Shown here in pieces: positions 20,712-30,373 of a DNA stretch of 64,000 nt. Both the position numbers and the translations under genes were made by a program. The number at the start of each line of letters is the position of its first letter. Position 1 is the stretch's first letter. The stretch spans positions 795 to 64,794 of the forward strand of contig JBEOJY010000007.1 in NCBI GenBank assembly GCA_040275305.1, read 5' to 3'. This DNA is from Bdellovibrionales bacterium (lineage in GTDB: Bacteria; Pseudomonadota; Alphaproteobacteria; UBA9219). Below the pieces are notes generated by a model. The model worked only from the letters and a program-made list of their open reading frames with translations, was not told the DNA's origin and searched no databases.

Positions 20712-21362
20712 TTGGAAGAGAAAGTTGACGTGACTATAGCTCGTGACAGAATAAGCTCAAAGCATCAATTAGCCTTGCTGCTTTTAGCCGCGTTGTTAAG
20801 CTTGATGGGCTTCGCTCATCCACAACTGGCAGAAGCAAGTAGCGTCTCGTCAACAAGGTCTAAACCGAACATGGCACATGATCAAAAAATGTTCCTGCAC
20901 GTCCCCCTGAATACTCGGGAACAAAACCCATGTTCTCCGTTATCGCCTGGCCCGACTTGGCGAGGCGTTCTTATTCGCGCGCCCATTCATGCGAAGTTTA
21001 AATCTGGATTCACCGCAGGGGAGAGGCATTCTTTCGCCGCCATTCCACTCTGTGGATATTATCTCGTCGATTTGGAGCGATTACGCCCCGGCGTGCCGTT
21101 GCGCATTGTGGCCGTCGACCAACTTACTCAAGAGCGCTTCGAAGGAGATGTTATCGACAAAGAAGAAAATCTGGAAGAGCCACCACCAGAAATCCCTGCC
21201 CACAGCGCCTCTAATCTCGAAGGCATCGCAGTCGGCAGTTGGTTCAACCCAAACCTACCGGATTATGTCTCGTTGCCAGCAGTTGCGGCCACCTATGCCG
21301 TCCATGTTGAATACGGAAGCTATCGCTCGAATATTGTCGAGATTCAAGTCTCTGCGGAATAA
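20712..21362 (+). CDS. Hypothetical secreted protein (signal peptide ...LALLLLAALLSLMGFAHPQLAEA)
   Basis: Hydrophobic N-terminal signal sequence. No family recognised. The start may lie at the internal GTG. Confidence 0.4.
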   Translation: MEEKVDVTIARDRISSKHQLALLLLAALLSLMGFAHPQLAEASSVSSTRSKPNMAHDQKMFLHVPLNTREQNPCSPLSPGPTWRGVLIRAPIHAKFKSGFTAGERHSFAAIPLCGYYLVDLERLRPGVPLRIVAVDQLTQERFEGDVIDKEENLEEPPPEIPAHSASNLEGIAVGSWFNPNLPDYVSLPAVAATYAVHVEYGSYRSNIVEIQVSAE

Positions 21363-21426
21363 TAGAACGTCACATTACGACAGATAAATCAATGCTATGC
21401 TTCGTTTCCTTGAAATCACGAAAATG

Positions 21427-21598
21427 GGCCGTCATCGCGAGGAGCCGCAGGCAACGCGGCGATCCAGAGTCGGTGGGGGTGTCCTGTGGGATTCTGGATT
21501 GCTTCCGCCGTCGTTGCTACGCAACTATGGCGGATAGGTCGCCCCCAAGAGGGGGCTCGCAATGACGGTCCTTGGGGGGGGCTCCTCGCGATGACCGC
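21427..21598. repeat. Composite family-A MITE with a duplicated right arm
   Basis: A gtcatcgcgaggagccgcaggcaacgcggcgatccagag left arm, followed by two right-arm copies (ctcgcaatgacggtcc and ctcctcgcgatgac). Confidence 0.65.
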
Positions 21599-21663
21599 GC
21601 TTGTTGCTATTTCTGGTTTTCAATCGTACGGGGTCTACATCAAATTGGGGGAGAGGTTAGGCG

Positions 21664-22080
21664 ATGAAATTCCAAGCGCTTATTGTGATGGCGTGCTTTT
21701 TGTTGGCAACGCCTGTTAATGCTAATGTAGTTTCGAAGGAGCCTATGGAATCGGCAAGAGGAGAAGGCGCCATGGATTTATTTAGTTTTGGAGAGATGTT
21801 TGTATTAAGGCCAGATCAATCGGTCGAAGGTCCCGAAGGGCTTTTTGTCAAACACCTTGCGTATGGCCATAAAAGATTGAAGGAGGGGGGAGATAAGTCT
21901 TTTTTGGGATTGGAGGTCAGACAGGGCGATGCTTCAACCACACTGCGTGTCGACGTTCCCATTCAACGCCCTATAACCACAGAATGGCGTGATTTTACTT
22001 TTCATTTTGTCAAATGCGAAGAAAACGGCCCTCCACATTCTAAATCGAAGCCTGTCGAGCTGTTCGTTACACGCAGATAA
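21664..22080 (+). CDS. Hypothetical small secreted protein (138 aa)
   Basis: Clear signal peptide MKFQALIVMACFLLATPVNA. No family recognised. Confidence 0.45.
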   Translation: MKFQALIVMACFLLATPVNANVVSKEPMESARGEGAMDLFSFGEMFVLRPDQSVEGPEGLFVKHLAYGHKRLKEGGDKSFLGLEVRQGDASTTLRVDVPIQRPITTEWRDFTFHFVKCEENGPPHSKSKPVELFVTRR

Positions 22081-22172
22081 TTCGTTAGGGCTCTTCGACG
22101 GTTGGATCGTTATGGCTTATCATTTGTCGCTACAACCATCTTCGTAACTTTCCGGTCATTCATGAGTGTTGC

Positions 22173-24278
22173 CTAGGCGCTAGCTTTCGTCGGAACTTTT
22201 CCCATGATTTCCTTGACGCCTGCTTTGTCCGTTTTGAAGACGTGGTTGATGAGCCATTGACGCAAGAAACTCATGAGGTCGGTTGTTAGTGTCGCTTTAC
22301 CTGCGAGGAAGTCTGCTTGGAAGTTCTTCACTGTTTCCACAAGTTCTTCGTGAGTTTTCTTGTGTTCGCTAAGGCTTGACAGGCGTCCCTGAACCCAGAT
22401 CGTTTCCTCGCGTTTGAAGTGGTCGATTGTATATTGCACAAGCTTGCCGAGAATTTCTGAGGCGATGTCACGGCCTGCGCCATTCATCATCGCTTGGTTG
22501 AGCTCGTTGATATATTGCACGAGCATCTTGTGGTCGGAATCGATGACTTGGTGCCCAGATACCCAAGCGGGGCCCCACTCTAACGTTCCGCCGCCGCTCT
22601 GCAATTGGATCAGGAAGTCGTCGGCGACGGCGCGCATGGTTTCGGCCTGAATTCCTAACCCATCTGCCTCCTTCATCACGATACGGATGGATTTATTGCT
22701 TTCTTGCGTTCCGTCGCGCACTGCGGCTACGTTGCTTGCGACTTCTGTTGTGCTTGTATGCGCTTGCTGGATGTTGCGCGTAATTTCTTGCGTCGCCGCG
22801 CCTTGTTCTTCCACGGCGGAAGCGATGGCGCTGGAAATTCCGTCCATCTCCTGAATGGTTTTGGCGATACCTTCGATGGCTTGCACCGTGTTGTTCGTTT
22901 GTTGCTGGACCGAGGATATCTGTTGCGCAATTTCGTCGGTTGCTTTGCTGGTCTGGTTGGCGAGCGATTTGACTTCGTTGGCTACAACGGCGAATCCTTT
23001 GCCTGCTTCTCCGGCACGGGCGGCTTCGATGGTCGCGTTTAACGCCAACAGGTTGGTTTGCGCCGCGATTGCGTTAATTAAGTTGATGACGTCGCCAATT
23101 TTTGTCGCGGCGGTGGTTAGCTCCCTTACCATTGTGTCGGTACTTCTCGCTTTTTCGGCAGCGTTTTTGGCAATTTCGCTTGCGCGACTGACCTGTGCCG
23201 CAATTTCTCGGCTTGATGCCGATAGCTCTTCTGAGGCGGCTGCAACGGTCTGCACGTTGCTCGCTGCGGATTGGCTGGCCGATGCGACCACGTTGGCGCG
23301 TTGCTCCGTGTTGTCGCAGATGTGGCCCATCGATTCCGCGTATTTTTTGACATCGCCTGCTGCATTAATGACAAGTTTGATGATGTCAATTACCTTGCTG
23401 TTAAATTGTTCAGCAAGCTGTGCCTGCATTTGCGCGGCCTTGTCTTTTTCCGCTTGATTTTGCTCTTGTTGGCGAGACATATCTTGTGATTTCTCCATGG
23501 CTCCGCGAAAAACGTTGAGCGCGCGAGACATTTCGCCGACTTCGTCTTTTTGATCCACGTAGACGATCGGAATATTTAGTTCGCCTCCCGACATTTTGGT
23601 CATATCGAGGGTAATGCGCCGCAGCGGCGTTACAACTGCTTTGGTTACGACTACCGACAGCGCGATAACGATGATGGCGCCGAAAAATGCAAACAATATG
23701 AATACTATAGTTTTTTCGCGAAACGCTTTATCTACGTCATCCAGATAGACGCCGCTTCCTATTACCCAGCCCCAAGGGGCGAAGTTTTTAATGTAGGAAA
23801 CTTTGCGCACGGGTTTATCAAATCCCGGTTTGGGCCAGAGGTAGCCGTAAAATCCTTGGCTTTCTTTTTGTACGATGCTTACCATGTCGTTGAAGAGAAA
23901 CGCTCCATCAGGGGTTTTGACTTTGTCCAGCGGTTTTCCATCTAATTCTGGCTTGATGGGGTGCATGATCATCGTGGGGGTAAGATCATTGATCCAGAAA
24001 TAGTCACCGTTGCCATAGCGCTGGGCTTTGATATTTGTCAGAGCCGCAGCTTTCGCGTCGGCTTCAGTCATGTGCCCTGCTTTGGCGTCTGCCTCATATT
24101 TTGCTAATATCTGATATGAACTTTCCACAAGGTTTTTAACCATCACTTTACGCGAATCTAGCAATTCCTCGCGCATTTGATAGAGAGTCATTATGGTAAT
24201 CGCTGCGATTCCTAGTACAGTCGCACCGATTAGAATCGACATTTTATGCGATAATTTAAGATTGGCGAACCATTGCAT
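22173..24278 (-). CDS. Methyl-accepting chemotaxis protein with a periplasmic sCache_2 sensor and a C-terminal bacteriohemerythrin domain
   Basis: Periplasmic segment YFWINDL...[14 protein letters not shown] transmembrane helix and HAMP domain. A methyl-accepting signalling domain with Q/E-rich heptads. C-terminal W..[15 protein letters not shown]...HFKREE...HKKTHEE...WLINHV, which resembles the DcrH hemerythrin. Confidence 0.85.
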   Translation of the reverse strand: MQWFANLKLSHKMSILIGATVLGIAAITIMTLYQMREELLDSRKVMVKNLVESSYQILAKYEADAKAGHMTEADAKAAALTNIKAQRYGNGDYFWINDLTPTMIMHPIKPELDGKPLDKVKTPDGAFLFNDMVSIVQKESQGFYGYLWPKPGFDKPVRKVSYIKNFAPWGWVIGSGVYLDDVDKAFREKTIVFILFAFFGAIIVIALSVVVTKAVVTPLRRITLDMTKMSGGELNIPIVYVDQKDEVGEMSRALNVFRGAMEKSQDMSRQQEQNQAEKDKAAQMQAQLAEQFNSKVIDIIKLVINAAGDVKKYAESMGHICDNTEQRANVVASASQSAASNVQTVAAASEELSASSREIAAQVSRASEIAKNAAEKARSTDTMVRELTTAATKIGDVINLINAIAAQTNLLALNATIEAARAGEAGKGFAVVANEVKSLANQTSKATDEIAQQISSVQQQTNNTVQAIEGIAKTIQEMDGISSAIASAVEEQGAATQEITRNIQQAHTSTTEVASNVAAVRDGTQESNKSIRIVMKEADGLGIQAETMRAVADDFLIQLQSGGGTLEWGPAWVSGHQVIDSDHKMLVQYINELNQAMMNGAGRDIASEILGKLVQYTIDHFKREETIWVQGRLSSLSEHKKTHEELVETVKNFQADFLAGKATLTTDLMSFLRQWLINHVFKTDKAGVKEIMGKVPTKASA

Positions 24279-24485
24279 ACGATTCTCTCCTTGTTGTGTA
24301 TGTCAGGCTACCTGTGCGTGGGCTAGGTTCAATAGAGCCCTTTGATTTTTCATTCCATGGTGTGCAGTTTTTTGCGTTTTTTCGCAGGGTGTTGTTTAGA
24401 TGCAATAGGTATGGCTGCTTTGTGAGTGAATAATTTTTTGTGTATACCTCTAATAGTTCGAGAGTTGGCAAATAGTCTCCGATAG

Positions 24486-24670
24486 CGCAGCGTCACACCC
24501 GCGTAGGCGGGTGTCCATTACCCGATGTTGAGAATGAGCGCCAATAGGCAAGTGAAGCGCCTGCGTCGAGATGAGGAGATGGACACCCGCCTGCGCGGGT
24601 GTGACAACGGGTTCGTCCACTTTATCTGATTGGCGGCCGATGGACACCCGCCTGCGCGGGTGTGACGCTT
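24486..24670. repeat. Cluster of three family-F palindromic arms (gtcacacccgcgtaggcgggtgtcc / ggacacccgcctgcgcgggtgtgac)
   Basis: Three GC-rich hairpin-forming repeats lie within about 190 bp. The same family occurs at 60282-60365 and 61287-61400. Confidence 0.6.
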
Positions 24671-24755
24671 GTTTTGCCGCAACATTTTCCCAATTCTTCA
24701 CATGAAATGAGTATAGAAATATTTTGACGCGCAATTCTTGTCGTTTTTTTTGCGA

Positions 24756-25802
24756 TTAGCCGCTTATAGATATCGGATTGCCCCAAGCGCTTTTGTTGCG
24801 ATTTTCGTGCGATGATTTCGCTCCCATTAGCGCGGAGGAGGTTGCGCTATCCATTCCCATTTGCGCCAAAACCATGGTTGTGAAAAGCGAAGAGGAACCG
24901 GATTTTAGGCCGCCCGTCACTGATGTGGGGAGCGATGAATTGTTGGTGAGCGCTGACGACAGGTGTGTGATGTCGCGCTCCATTTTGGGCGTGCCATAGT
25001 ATGGCGTTGAAGTCCCGGCGTTTGCGAGCGTGGCGTTGACATTGTTGTGCGTGGGCAAGGATGTTTTTGAAGCCGATGTCCCGACCAATGACTCGGCGCT
25101 GGCAAGCAAGGCCGCCGTTTGCGGCGAGTCGAATTTTTTTTCAAAGGATTTGTATATTTGGGCAACTGTGCGCGGATTGCCGTTCGAGTCGTAGAATACT
25201 GAGGCGTTGGCGTTCGCGGCTTCCGGGAGCACCGTCGCGGCCGCAGTATCCGGGGCCGTTTTCATTTGGGTTAGAAACGCGCTGGCGCCGCTCGCGCCAA
25301 GGAAATGCGCGAGATAGAGTTCGGTCGGGCCGATTTTGCCGCCGACATTGGATTGTAAAATTCCAATATTTTCCTTGTCGAGTTCCGCAGCCATTAGCGC
25401 GGAGACTTGTGGGTCGTTGCGAAGATTGAGTATGGTTTGGCGCGCTTGTGGGTTATCGACTTTGGCCGAGCCGTCGGCGGCTTGCGTGATGTGGCTTGCG
25501 TAGTTGCCGAGGCCGTGTTTCGCGCCACAGGACTTGATCATCCGCAACCAGGTCTGGTTCGTGAACTGATAGAGACCAGTCGCGCTGCTGGTCGAAGCCT
25601 TGGCGTTGGCGTCGAAGCTGCTTTCTTGCGCGGCTTTGCCTAGCAGATAGGAGAAGTCTACGCCGGTCTTGGCGGCGGCAGATTTGATGGCGTCGGCGAC
25701 CTTGTGCGTGAGCGCTGAGAATGTTTGCGCGGTCTGCTTTAGCGTCGCAGCGAGTTCTTGCTGATCGTTGGCGTTGGGGATGGCGGCAATTGCTGAAACC
25801 AA
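24756..25802 (-). CDS. Lytic transglycosylase (SLT domain) with a Ser/Thr/Ala-rich C-terminal tail
   Basis: SLT catalytic region ...LLGKAAQESSFDANAKASTSSATGLYQFTNQTW..., with the catalytic Glu in the ES motif and a GLYQ motif. Confidence 0.6.
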   Translation of the reverse strand: MVSAIAAIPNANDQQELAATLKQTAQTFSALTHKVADAIKSAAAKTGVDFSYLLGKAAQESSFDANAKASTSSATGLYQFTNQTWLRMIKSCGAKHGLGNYASHITQAADGSAKVDNPQARQTILNLRNDPQVSALMAAELDKENIGILQSNVGGKIGPTELYLAHFLGASGASAFLTQMKTAPDTAAATVLPEAANANASVFYDSNGNPRTVAQIYKSFEKKFDSPQTAALLASAESLVGTSASKTSLPTHNNVNATLANAGTSTPYYGTPKMERDITHLSSALTNNSSLPTSVTGGLKSGSSSLFTTMVLAQMGMDSATSSALMGAKSSHENRNKSAWGNPISISG

Positions 25803-25989
25803 GGGAGCCTCTGGATATCTGGATTTTTTATTCGTGGCTTTATATGCATTTGGCGTGCCAAGTTGCCGCTCGAATTTGCTTGCGTTAAGGTTTTTGTCGT
25901 TTAGATATTTGTTTCTCTATCGTTCTGATATTGGGGGCGAGAGCTGCATATCCTGCTGATAGAGCGGAAATAAATTGGATTTAGGGCTG

Positions 25990-26540
25990 GTCTAGATTTG
26001 AAAAACTGCACCTTGGGATCGACGAAGTCTCTCAAGACATTCTGGCCGTCGATTTGACGGAAAACAGCGTTGGCGATCAGGAACATTTGTCTGACCTGTT
26101 GGACGATTTGCCGAAAGACGTGAAGCTCAAACAGGTCACGGGGGACGGCATATACAACAGCCACGCTTGTTACGAGGATGTCTGCGCGCGCGGGGCAAAG
26201 TTCGTCACGCCGCCTCGAAGAAACTCTGTTCTGCCGCGAGGAAGGCCGCTGAAAAACGAGCCGCTCCGCACCCGCGCCGTGCGCGATTGTCGCCGCCGAG
26301 GGCCGGACGGCATGGAAAAAACATCACCGTTATCACCGTAGATCGCTCTCAGAAACAGGCATGTACCGCTTCAAAACGTCCTTCGGCGGCTCGCTCTCGT
26401 CACGAACCTTCTCCCGCCAGAAAGTCGAAGCGATCCTGAAAGTCAAAACCCTCAACGCCTTCCGAAAACTCGCCGCTCCGGAATACTGACCCTCGCAAAA
26501 GAAGGAGGGGCTGCGTCTGTCAGGCAAATTTATTCAACAA
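25990..26540 (+). mobile_element. IS5-family transposase C-terminal fragment (frameshifted pseudogene) with a terminal repeat at about 26522-26540
   Basis: Translation ...VTGDGIYNSHACYEDV... (DDE region), and in a +1 frame ...HHRYHRRSLSETGMYRFKTSFGGSLSSRTFSRQKVEAILKVKTLNAFRKL, a typical IS5 C-terminus. The end motif tttattcaacaaggcc is shared with 28711-28730. Confidence 0.6.
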
Positions 26541-26613
26541 GGCCAGTCAGGTATCTTGCTTTCTTTTATCGTATTCGCTTATTTATTTGCGACTTGTGTT
26601 TTGACGTTGAGTT

Positions 26614-28017
26614 TCACACATGTAATGCTCGCCCATCCATGGCGAGGGCGGCTTCCTTGACGGCTTCGTTGAGGGTTGGGTGCGCGTGGCAGGTGCGGGC
26701 GATGTCTTCGCTGGAGGCTCCGAATTCTAACGCCAGAGACAATTCCGCGATGAGCGTTCCAGCGTCGGGGCCGACGATGTGCGCGCCAAGCAAGCGGTCC
26801 GTTTCTCCGTGGGCTAGCAACTTGACAAATCCTTCCGCTTCGGCCATCGCGCGGGCGCGGCCGTTGGCAGAGAAGGGAAATTTGCCGACTTTGTAGGGAA
26901 CTTTCTCGCTGCGGAGTTGTTCTTCTGTTTTGCCGACGCAGGCCGCTTCGGGGCTGGTGTAGACGATGGCGGGGATGGCGTCGTAGCTGATGTGGCCTGA
27001 TTGCCCCGCGATGATTTCCGCGCAGACCACGCCTTCCTCTTCGGCTTTGTGCGCGAGCATAGGCCCAGCGATCACGTCGCCGATGGCGTAGATCCCCGCC
27101 ACGTTGGTTTCAAAGCGATGGTTGGTGATGATGCGCTTGCGGTCGTCGCGCGCGACGCCAGCCTTGTCGAGGCCCAACCCATCGGTGAAGGGGCGGCGGC
27201 CTACGGCGACAAGCAGAGCGGAAGCTTGCAGCGTTTCGGCTTTGCCTCCGGCAGCGGGTTCAAGCGTTATGGTGACTTTTTCGCCTTCGGTTTTTGCCAA
27301 TGTGACTTTTGAAGAGAGGCGGAATTGAAGGCCTTGCTTGGCAAGGATTTTCTGCATGGTTGTGGAGATTTCGTTGTCCATGCCGGGGAGGATGCGATCC
27401 AAAAATTCCACGACCGTGACGCGCGAGCCGAGGCGTTGCCAGACGGAGCCGATCTCAAGGCCGATGGCGCCGCCGCCGATGACGACGAGGCTTTCCGGGA
27501 CTTGCGCGAATTCCAGCGCTCCTGTCGAAGTTACGATGCGTTTTTCGTCAATGGCGATGCCGGACAGGGGTACGCTTTCCGAACCTGTGGCGATGATGAT
27601 GTTTTTGGCTTCGTATTCATTGCGGCCGTTTTTCCCGTCCACGATGATCTTGCCGTCTCCCAGTAAGCTTGCGCGTCCCTTGAGCCAGTCGATCTTATTC
27701 TTGCGAAACAGGAAGTTGAGGCCTTCTGTGTTGTCCTTCACGACCTTGTTCTTGCGCCCCATCATGGTCGCAAGGTCGAGGCTGACGAGGCAGATCTTGA
27801 TGCCATGCTGGGCCGCGTGAAGTTTAGCGTCCTGAAACTTTTCGGAGCTGACAAGCAGCGCTTTCGACGGAATGCAGCCGACGTTCAGGCAGGTTCCGCC
27901 TAGCGTTTCGCGCATTTCCACGCAAGCCGTCTTAAGACCAAGTTGCTCCGCGCGGATGGCCGCGACATAGCCGCCGGGGCCGCCGCCGATTACGATCACG
28001 TCATAGGGGGTGGGCAT
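26614..28017 (-). CDS. lpdA: Dihydrolipoamide dehydrogenase, second copy
   Basis: 467 aa with GGGPGGY and CLNVGCIPSK motifs. The gene is clearly paralogous to 5769-7160. Confidence 0.9.
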   Translation of the reverse strand: MPTPYDVIVIGGGPGGYVAAIRAEQLGLKTACVEMRETLGGTCLNVGCIPSKALLVSSEKFQDAKLHAAQHGIKICLVSLDLATMMGRKNKVVKDNTEGLNFLFRKNKIDWLKGRASLLGDGKIIVDGKNGRNEYEAKNIIIATGSESVPLSGIAIDEKRIVTSTGALEFAQVPESLVVIGGGAIGLEIGSVWQRLGSRVTVVEFLDRILPGMDNEISTTMQKILAKQGLQFRLSSKVTLAKTEGEKVTITLEPAAGGKAETLQASALLVAVGRRPFTDGLGLDKAGVARDDRKRIITNHRFETNVAGIYAIGDVIAGPMLAHKAEEEGVVCAEIIAGQSGHISYDAIPAIVYTSPEAACVGKTEEQLRSEKVPYKVGKFPFSANGRARAMAEAEGFVKLLAHGETDRLLGAHIVGPDAGTLIAELSLALEFGASSEDIARTCHAHPTLNEAVKEAALAMDGRALHV

Positions 28018-28205
28018 TGCGTTACCATTTATAAAATTTTTGTGGTTAGATTAGGAACGTAGACGAAGGCGGAGGGAAGTCAAGGACTCGAAAATAGCTA
28101 TTTCCGCACGGATTCAACTAGCCAACGCATAATTTTTAGGGGTCAGCGAGCTGGCCCCCGAAAACTGGACAGGATATGGCGACTAGCTAAGAGAGAGTCC
28201 CGCCC

Positions 28206-28730
28206 CTAAAATGGCGAAGAGCCAAGGGGATAGAGATGACGAATATACGAAAGAAGCACAGCGCGGAATTTAAGGCGAAGGTGGCGATGGCGGCGAACGC
28301 GTTTCAAGACCGCGTCCACCGTCGCCGCGCGAAGGCAGACGGTCGAATAATCCGGCAACCGCGCTTCTTTGCCAAGGACGCTCCGCAAAAAGCCTTTCAG
28401 GCCACGATACGGCAAGCGGTACACGGCCTTGACGACCAGCATCATCTCGATCAGAGTTTGGCTGTATTCCGGCGGTCGGCCTCGTTTCCCTTCGCTTATT
28501 GCAGGCTTTTCAAGCGCTTTCGGGTTCAGGTGAACCGTGATGTCGTATCTTCTTTCCAGCCCCTTGTTGTACGCGCTCCAGTTTTTGATGGACTTCTTCG
28601 GGGGGAATCTTCTACCTTCGCTCATGGACGTTGTCTTTGGATTTTGCAAGAATCCGCAGCGTCCACCTCAAACCCTTAATTTTCAATCCCCATACCAAAA
28701 TTTCAGATCCATTTATTCAACAAAGCCCTT
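28206..28730 (-). mobile_element. IS5-family transposase N-terminal fragment (147 aa) with its terminal repeat at about 28711-28730
   Basis: The N-terminal HTH/insertion-element N-domain pattern (…NKGLERRYDITVHLNPKAL…). The end motif tttattcaacaaagcc matches 26522-26540. Confidence 0.55.
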
Positions 28731-28887
28731 CTTATATAATTTTTTTTAAAAAAATTGGTAGGTATTGGGGGAGCAACTTAGTGTTCAAGAATATTTACCA
28801 GAAACTCAAAAAATCCCCTGCTCAATTTTTCCTAAGCTTTGCGCGATTTTGCGCATGTGATATACATCAATACGAAAGGGCCATACC

Positions 28888-30267
28888 TTGAAAACATATA
28901 ATTCTACATGCGTTTCTTTTTACCTCAGTCTCATTCTTGTGACTGCGCCGCAGACAGTATTTTCCATGGATCATCATGATCACGACGCGATGCATGTGAA
29001 AGAAACGGCCAAAACGAACTCTGACGGCAAGAGTTCTGAATCGCAGATGCTTCACGAGCATCACGCCTCGGTGTCTTCGGATGCAGACGCCGCGCAAAAA
29101 TCTTTAAGCTCGCTCGGCCCCTATGCGATGACCCGCGATGCTTCCGGCACAAGCTGGCAGCCAGATTCGACTCCTCATCAGGGCCTGCACATGATGGCCG
29201 GAAAATGGAGCGTCATGGCGCATGGATTTGTCAATGGAGTCTATGACCATCAGGGAAGCAAACGCGGCGACGACAAAGCATTCAGCAGCAGCATGGCAAT
29301 GGTGATGGCGCAGCGCCCGATAGGAGAGCGCGGTACATGGGGTTTGCGCGGCATGATCTCGCTCGATCCCCTGATGGGCGCGAGGGGCTATCCTCTGATA
29401 TTCGCGACCGGAGAAACCGCCGACGGTCGCGAACATCTCGTGGACCGCCAACATCCACATGATCTCTTTATGGAATTGGCCAGCACCTACAGCTACCGCC
29501 TGACGGAAAACTCATCCATATTCATATACGGTGGCTTACCCGGAGAACCAGCGCTTGGCCCCTCCGCCTTCATGCACCGCTTTTCCGGCATGGACAATCC
29601 CGAAGCGCCGATTACGCACCACTGGATGGACAGCACGCATATCACTTTCGGCGTCCTAGCCGGCGGCTACGTCCATGGCCCATGGAAGATAGAAGCTTCG
29701 GGATTTAAAGGACGAGAACCCAATCAGCGCCGCTACGACATTGAATCTCCTAAACTCGACAGCGCCTCGACGCGCTTGACCTTTAACCCGACCCCAAATT
29801 GGTCATTACAAACCAGCTGGGGTTACATCCACAGCCCAGAACAGCTCGAGCCAAATGTGAACGAACACAGGTTGACGACATCCGCGACCTATAACCTGCC
29901 TTTCGAGGGCAACAACTGGGCGACAACCTTCGTCTGGGGTCGCAAGATGGACGATCCCGGCCATAAGCTGGACGGTTTCCTACTGGAAAGCTCGCTGATC
30001 ATCCAAGAGGCCAACACTTTGTTTGCCCGCGCCGAACGCGCCGACGAAGCAGAATTGTTTTCAGAAGATGATCACGACCATGCCCATCAGGTCTACACCG
30101 TCAACAAAGTGAGCCTCGGCTACATCAGGGACTTTCGCCTCGCCGACCACCTGTCGCTCGGCGCGGGCGGCCTTATAAGCCGTTACGCCTATCCAGACAG
30201 CCTTGAAGACTCCTACGGATCGAGCCCAACTTCCTATATGCTTTTCATGAGATTAAAGCTGATATAG
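28888..30267 (+). CDS. Secreted His-rich protein, possible outer-membrane or metal-binding protein
   Basis: Signal peptide. N-terminal HHDHDAMH...HEHH cluster. A long Gly/Trp/Tyr-rich body compatible with a beta-barrel. Flanked by AT-rich DNA and an IS remnant. Confidence 0.45.
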   Translation: MKTYNSTCVSFYLSLILVTAPQTVFSMDHHDHDAMHVKETAKTNSDGKSSESQMLHEHHASVSSDADAAQKSLSSLGPYAMTRDASGTSWQPDSTPHQGLHMMAGKWSVMAHGFVNGVYDHQGSKRGDDKAFSSSMAMVMAQRPIGERGTWGLRGMISLDPLMGARGYPLIFATGETADGREHLVDRQHPHDLFMELASTYSYRLTENSSIFIYGGLPGEPALGPSAFMHRFSGMDNPEAPITHHWMDSTHITFGVLAGGYVHGPWKIEASGFKGREPNQRRYDIESPKLDSASTRLTFNPTPNWSLQTSWGYIHSPEQLEPNVNEHRLTTSATYNLPFEGNNWATTFVWGRKMDDPGHKLDGFLLESSLIIQEANTLFARAERADEAELFSEDDHDHAHQVYTVNKVSLGYIRDFRLADHLSLGAGGLISRYAYPDSLEDSYGSSPTSYMLFMRLKLI

Positions 30268-30373
30268 CACCAAAAACTGAGGGAAAAAATGCCGTTATAG
30301 TCTCATTCCCCCCTCGACATTTCGCGCGCTTTCCGCAATGATGGTCCCCATAAAAGGGGAGATCCTTAACGCC

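Noticed and set aside
24486-24670. Possible CRISPR array (three similar repeats of about 27 bp with spacers)
   Set aside because: The repeats are in mixed orientation (palindromic arms of a MITE family also found at 60282 and 61287), spacing is irregular, and there are no cas genes.
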